A stretch of DNA of 64,000 bases, taken from a candidate division FCPU426 bacterium. GTDB taxonomy: Bacteria > Oederibacteriota > PGYV01 > Palsa-1178. The notes beneath the pieces were generated by a model that made no database searches, was not told the DNA's origin, and saw only the letters and a program-made list of their open reading frames with translations. The stretch spans positions 896,001 through 960,000 of the forward strand of contig CAWIXE010000001.1 in the NCBI GenBank assembly GCA_963840035.1, read 5' to 3'. This document shows positions 59,029 to 64,000 of this stretch, in pieces. Positions within the stretch are counted from its first letter, which is position 1; each line of letters opens with the position of its first letter. Made by a program: the position numbers and the translations under genes.

Positions 59029-62000
59029 TTGTTTGAATTTAAAATGCCTATATTTAGTATTTTCAACAAAAAAGTTGACAAATTACTAAACATGGGTATT
59101 TTTTTGTTTTTTTTAACGTTACCTTATTATATATACTCAGTCCCGCCGGATCATTTTAATCTTAACTCGCCCGGAACAGTTTCCGCCGGTTCGATTTTTT
59201 ATGTGACGGCAACAGCCATGAATATAAATGAAACTGTTATGACTTCATACAATGGTACAGCGGGTTTTGATTCATCAGCCTCACAAACCATATTTCCGGC
59301 CGATTACGCGTATATTGCCGGCGATAACGGCGCGCATGTTTTTCCCATACAGCTGATGAACGCAGGAGAACAATCACTGACCATATTTGATACTGCCAAT
59401 ATTAATTCCTACGGAAGCGCGCTCATGACGGTGGATCCCGGGGAACCTTCGAGTTTTATTGTTTCAGCGCCTTCGTCGATTAAGGCGGGAGTTTTATTTT
59501 ATGTGACTGTAACCGCAAAAGACGCTTACAATAATACCATAATAAAATACAACGGGACCTCCCATTTTTATTCGACTGATCCCGCGGCTGTATTGCCGTC
59601 GGACAGTACTTTTCAAAATGATGATTATGGGGTAAAGGTGCTGCCTGTCATGTTAAAGACAAAAGGAACGCATGTAGTTTCAGTTGTTGACCTTTTAAGC
59701 AGCACGGTAAACGGGTCAAGCAACGCGATAGACGTAACCAGCGGCATTCCAACCAGGTTTTCCGTTAGCGCGCCTACCACGGCAAACCCGGGAACCGGTT
59801 TTAACCTGGCCATATCCGCCATGGACGCGTTTAATAATGTTGTTGATTGGTACACGGGGATGGTCCACTTCACATCGACTGACGCGGGAGCTGTTTTGCC
59901 GGGTAATTATACTTTTCAGGCCGGTGACTATGGCAACAGGATATTTTCCGCGTCACTGCTTAACACCCCGACACAATCCATAAGCGTAAATGACGCGGTT
60001 GCCAATACCATAAACGGATCAAGCGGCGCCATAACGGTAAGCGCGGGAAGCGATAAGTATTCCCAGCCGCTTATGCTTACTTCATATCTGTCGCAGGCAA
60101 ACATGTACCAGTTTGTATATATCATGTTCGCAAATCCTTCCCTGACACTTATTCCAAATAATGCCTATCTCGAATATGATGTTTTCATACCTGAATACAG
60201 CGCGGATTTTTACACGGGCACTGAATTTGGCAGAAAGTCAGTGGTCGGGTCATGGATCATGAGGGATTTCGGGGCGCCAAATTACCTTATAGACCAGAAC
60301 GCCGTAAGGTGCCATCCGTCCATGGATCTTAAAAATTACGCGTCAGGAAAATGGTATCACAGAAAATTCAACATAGCGGCCCTTAACGGCCTATCTTATA
60401 ATCAGGCGCAGCTCGCGCAGGATACGGGAAACTCGGGCGCTAACGGAGCGCCTTCAAACAGCGCGGGCACTTTCAACGGGATTTATGACAATATAAAGAT
60501 AACCGATTCGGGCGGCGGGTCGCTGATAAATCTGTTTTCAAATGCGAACACCATACCCATGAGCGGCGGAGTCTCGGTTGACGGGAACATAGCCGGAAAC
60601 AGGGGCGACGGGGGTATAAGCACGGCGGACGCGACCCATGCCGCGCCGCTGGATAATTACATATGGCTGATAAAGGACATGTCGCTTACCGCTTCTCCGG
60701 CTTCAAACATTGTGGCTGACGGAGTGAGCCCTTGCACGATTACCGCGAATCTTTTCGCGCCGGGAGGCGCGGGCGTGTCTTTCGCGCTTGCTGATTTTGT
60801 TTCTGACAGGGGCGTGGATACGATTTCCCCGGTTGCGGTGAGCGCCAACGTAAAAGCAATAACCGACGGGGCAGGCAACGCTAAGGCCGTCATCAGGTCG
60901 ACTAAAGCCGGGGCGGCGAATATAACGGTCCGTTCCGCGCACATAAGTAAAATAATAACGGTAAACTTTGTAGCAGGGCCTTCTGCCAAAGTAAGGATAA
61001 TACCTGACTGGCTTTCCATCGTGTCAGGAGTCAACGGTACCATAAAAACAAGGCTTGAAGACGCTTACGGCAATTTTTCACCGGCCGCGAAAAACGTTAC
61101 TATTACTTCAAGCTCGGGAAGCATGAGGTTCTCATCAGACAATGGATCAACATGGTCGCAGACACTTGTTGTAAACGGCATGATAGAGTCAAATGTTCTG
61201 GTCAATGACACGACACCGGGAGACGCGATGGTTACGGCTTCCGCCGCGCTTTTAACTTCGGGCAGCGCGGTGGTGCACGTAAATGATTCCCCGGCTAAAT
61301 TCCTGTCAATTATTCCTGTGACACAGACAGCCAAGGCCGGAAATCAGGGTTTGTTTACGATAAGGTCCCTGGATGCTTCCGGAAACAACTGCTTTTCTAC
61401 GGACAGTGTTTTTGTGACGCCTACATCCGCAACCATGATGTTTTCACTTAACGGTAATTTTTACTACAGCAGCATAACGGCAACCCTGATAGACGGAAGG
61501 GCGGATGTTTACTATAAGGATACTAAGGTCGGGGTTAATGTCACGGTAACAGCAAAAGCAGCAGGTTATACGGACGGAAAAGCGTATTTTACCACGATTG
61601 CAAATGATCCGGCCATACTTGACGGATGGTCCGATAAATACGCCGTAACTGCAGGCCAATCAGTTACGATAACGGCAAAGATCACCGACCTTTATGGGAA
61701 CGCAATTGCAGGAAAGTTTATAACATTTACGGCGCAGGTGGAGGGCGGGCTTGGTGATTCGGCGATTACACCTTCAGGGAACAGTACAAATGCGTCAGGG
61801 CTAGTTACTGTCGTATACAGGACAAAAAGCTCGTCTGCGGCCCAGAATTACTGTATTATTAATTCAACAGGGCTGCTGGGAAAAACCCTGACAATAGCGG
61901 GCTCGACGGCCGCGGTAGCATTTTCATTCCTGCCTAATCCGCTCGCGCTTGGAGCGGATATAAACGGAACGCTTTATATAAATGCAAAGGATACGAACGG

Positions 62001-63900
62001 CTACAACGCCCCTCCGGGCACAGGGCATTCTGATATTTATGTATATGTAACTTCCCCCGCGGGAAGCATGAGTATTTTCTTTTCCAAGAACAGCGGGGCA
62101 AGCTGGTTCAACAGCCTTACAACCACAGTTGACTCGGGAGGCTCCGCGCAGCTCCTGGTAAGGTCACATGTGCCGGGAACTTATGTCCTGATGGGGATCG
62201 ATACCAATTCCGTCACACCTATGGCGCCGGCCGGATCCACGCTTACTGTTTCCACATCGCATTTTATTTCAATAACTCCGTCCGCGGCGTCATCAGCGCA
62301 GGCCGGCGGCACGCACCTGATAACCGCGCAGATAGTCGATCAGAACGGAACGCCGGTTTCCCTGCAGGGAGTCAGGGCAGATTTTTCCACAAATAACGGA
62401 TCGGTTTCCCCGGTTACGGCATTCACTGACTCTACGGGAAAAGTAACTACGCTGCTTAGCATGGCAATCGCGCCTTATGCGCAGCATCTCGTAACTGTAT
62501 CCACCACGAGCCCGGACAGCGTTTCTACAACGGGGTCCATCATATCCATACCGGTAATTACTTTTGATGTGTCCCTGCCGGCTACCGCCACAAAACTTGT
62601 TCCGGTTTCAGTAGTGGTCAGGGCGAGAGACGCCTACGGCGCGACCATTACGAATTACACGGGAAGGGTGCATTTAACTTCGACTGACGGCGGAGTTGTG
62701 CTGTCTTTGGATTATACTTTTCTTGCTGGAGACAAGGGTGTAAAGACCTTCGGTGCGACTTTTTCCGCAGCAGGAACATGGACGGTAACGGCGACCGATA
62801 CCGTGACATCTTCCATAACAGGCACAAGCAACGATATAGTTATATTTAATGCGCCTACGCCTTCGCCGACATTTACCGCCACCAGGACCAATTCACCCAC
62901 AAAGACTGTCACGCCTACCATAACGCAGACATGGACCAATTCGCCGACGTACACGATAACAAATACGCATACCGTGTCTGATACGCCGACTTTTACGATC
63001 ACAAGGACTTCGACTCCGACTTTTACGGAGACTTTTTCGCTGACCCCTACAGGGACGGCCACACCGACCAGGACCGCGACCGGGACATATACAGGAACAT
63101 CAACGGCAACTCCGACTATCACAGAGACTTCGACTAAAACAGCAACCCCGACAATCACGCAGACACATACGGATACTCCCGTTTATTCGCCGACGCCTAC
63201 CTCGACGCAAACACCCACATCAACGGCAACTCCGACAAAAACTGCTACCGGAACAAACACGGCGACTTTGACTCCGAGCGCCACCAGGACAGTTACACAG
63301 ACGGCTACTTGTACTTCGACAAAAACTATAACCACGACAATCACGGCGACATATACGAATTCTCCGGTTTATACACGCACGATGACACCGTCAATTACTG
63401 TAACTTTTACAGGGACAAGCAGCAAGACGATAACCCCGACTGTGACACCTTCACCGACATCGTCAAACACCCCCACGATAACTCCGACAAAAACCGCCAC
63501 GAGCACCCTGACGGCAACACGCACGATAACACAAACTCATACGGTTTCCCCGACGAGCACGCACACACCTACTATTACGGCAACTCCGACGATAACACTG
63601 ACACCGGTGTTTAATACGGCGGCGGCCGGGTCAAGTTATGTATGCCCGCAGCCGGCTAAGGATAACCTCAGCATAGTGTTCAACTTAACCGAACCAGCGG
63701 ACATGACGGTTTATTTTTATAACGCGGCAGGCATGCCTGTCGGAAACGCGGCGGACAGGGGCTTTGCGTTTAACGCGAATAAGATAGACATAAACTTAAA
63801 AAAGTTCGCGCCGGGCGTATATTTTTATGTGCTCAGGGCAAAGACTGATTCAGGGAAAGAGATTGTTTTTAAGACGGGAAAGTTCCTGGTAATAAAATAA
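59029..63900 (+). CDS. large surface protein: Ig-like (invasin/Big_1-type) repeats, Thr/Pro stalk, T9SS type A-like C-terminal domain
   Basis: 1623 aa; repeated VTAKDAYNN..Y.GT.HF.STD..AVLP..YTF; VADGVSPCTITA; ~250 aa TPT repeats; YVCPQPAK...APGVYFY...GKFLVIK. Confidence 0.85.
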   Translation: MFEFKMPIFSIFNKKVDKLLNMGIFLFFLTLPYYIYSVPPDHFNLNSPGTVSAGSIFYVTATAMNINETVMTSYNGTAGFDSSASQTIFPADYAYIAGDNGAHVFPIQLMNAGEQSLTIFDTANINSYGSALMTVDPGEPSSFIVSAPSSIKAGVLFYVTVTAKDAYNNTIIKYNGTSHFYSTDPAAVLPSDSTFQNDDYGVKVLPVMLKTKGTHVVSVVDLLSSTVNGSSNAIDVTSGIPTRFSVSAPTTANPGTGFNLAISAMDAFNNVVDWYTGMVHFTSTDAGAVLPGNYTFQAGDYGNRIFSASLLNTPTQSISVNDAVANTINGSSGAITVSAGSDKYSQPLMLTSYLSQANMYQFVYIMFANPSLTLIPNNAYLEYDVFIPEYSADFYTGTEFGRKSVVGSWIMRDFGAPNYLIDQNAVRCHPSMDLKNYASGKWYHRKFNIAALNGLSYNQAQLAQDTGNSGANGAPSNSAGTFNGIYDNIKITDSGGGSLINLFSNANTIPMSGGVSVDGNIAGNRGDGGISTADATHAAPLDNYIWLIKDMSLTASPASNIVADGVSPCTITANLFAPGGAGVSFALADFVSDRGVDTISPVAVSANVKAITDGAGNAKAVIRSTKAGAANITVRSAHISKIITVNFVAGPSAKVRIIPDWLSIVSGVNGTIKTRLEDAYGNFSPAAKNVTITSSSGSMRFSSDNGSTWSQTLVVNGMIESNVLVNDTTPGDAMVTASAALLTSGSAVVHVNDSPAKFLSIIPVTQTAKAGNQGLFTIRSLDASGNNCFSTDSVFVTPTSATMMFSLNGNFYYSSITATLIDGRADVYYKDTKVGVNVTVTAKAAGYTDGKAYFTTIANDPAILDGWSDKYAVTAGQSVTITAKITDLYGNAIAGKFITFTAQVEGGLGDSAITPSGNSTNASGLVTVVYRTKSSSAAQNYCIINSTGLLGKTLTIAGSTAAVAFSFLPNPLALGADINGTLYINAKDTNGYNAPPGTGHSDIYVYVTSPAGSMSIFFSKNSGASWFNSLTTTVDSGGSAQLLVRSHVPGTYVLMGIDTNSVTPMAPAGSTLTVSTSHFISITPSAASSAQAGGTHLITAQIVDQNGTPVSLQGVRADFSTNNGSVSPVTAFTDSTGKVTTLLSMAIAPYAQHLVTVSTTSPDSVSTTGSIISIPVITFDVSLPATATKLVPVSVVVRARDAYGATITNYTGRVHLTSTDGGVVLSLDYTFLAGDKGVKTFGATFSAAGTWTVTATDTVTSSITGTSNDIVIFNAPTPSPTFTATRTNSPTKTVTPTITQTWTNSPTYTITNTHTVSDTPTFTITRTSTPTFTETFSLTPTGTATPTRTATGTYTGTSTATPTITETSTKTATPTITQTHTDTPVYSPTPTSTQTPTSTATPTKTATGTNTATLTPSATRTVTQTATCTSTKTITTTITATYTNSPVYTRTMTPSITVTFTGTSSKTITPTVTPSPTSSNTPTITPTKTATSTLTATRTITQTHTVSPTSTHTPTITATPTITLTPVFNTAAAGSSYVCPQPAKDNLSIVFNLTEPADMTVYFYNAAGMPVGNAADRGFAFNANKIDINLKKFAPGVYFYVLRAKTDSGKEIVFKTGKFLVIK

Positions 63901-63916
63901 TAAAAGGAGGCGGGAA

Positions 63917-64000
63917 ATGCGTGTTAAAAGTGTCTTGGCGGCAGCGGTCGTGTGTCTGTATTTCACCGTCCTCCAGGCCGAAATACAGGATAGCGCCGGA
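63917..64000 (+). CDS. start of a secreted protein (runs off window)
   Basis: AAGGAGG RBS; MRVKSVLAAAVVCLYFTVLQA signal peptide. Confidence 0.65.
   Translation, partial: MRVKSVLAAAVVCLYFTVLQAEIQDSAG

Overview
Bacterial chromosomal window, probably from a diderm: it encodes beta-barrel and TonB-receptor sequence, a GT9 heptosyltransferase-like enzyme, and secreted Thr/Pro-rich proteins with T9SS-type C-terminal domains. The lineage cannot be fixed from sequence alone. Housekeeping genes (eno, rsgA, gpmI, gpmA, gltX, truB, cinA, nfeD-SPFH, mprF, ppnP, tRNA-Arg(ACG), M23-bactofilin) are mixed with accessory genes. These include three intact Fic-wHTH genes plus one decayed copy, a YhcG nuclease, a RelE/HTH toxin-antitoxin pair, a five-gene secreted/outer-membrane operon, and many gene scraps (hsdM, TonB receptor, serpin). 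Intergenic DNA is dense with palindromic REP-like families. The main unexplained structures are: (1) a 180-bp element present twice (179/180 identical), each copy cutting a gene; (2) Fic genes that each carry their own iterated DNA motif at the promoter, one also bracketed downstream by the same 11-bp repeat; (3) a duplicated module of an HTH-less LacI-type sensor plus a small STAS/SEC14-like protein around a PilZ gene; (4) a 119-bp tandem hairpin array with compensatory base changes; (5) one hairpin+RBS leader shared by eno and an unrelated gene. No CRISPR, integrase, transposase or reverse transcriptase was recognised. All family calls come from motif recognition by eye, not database searches.
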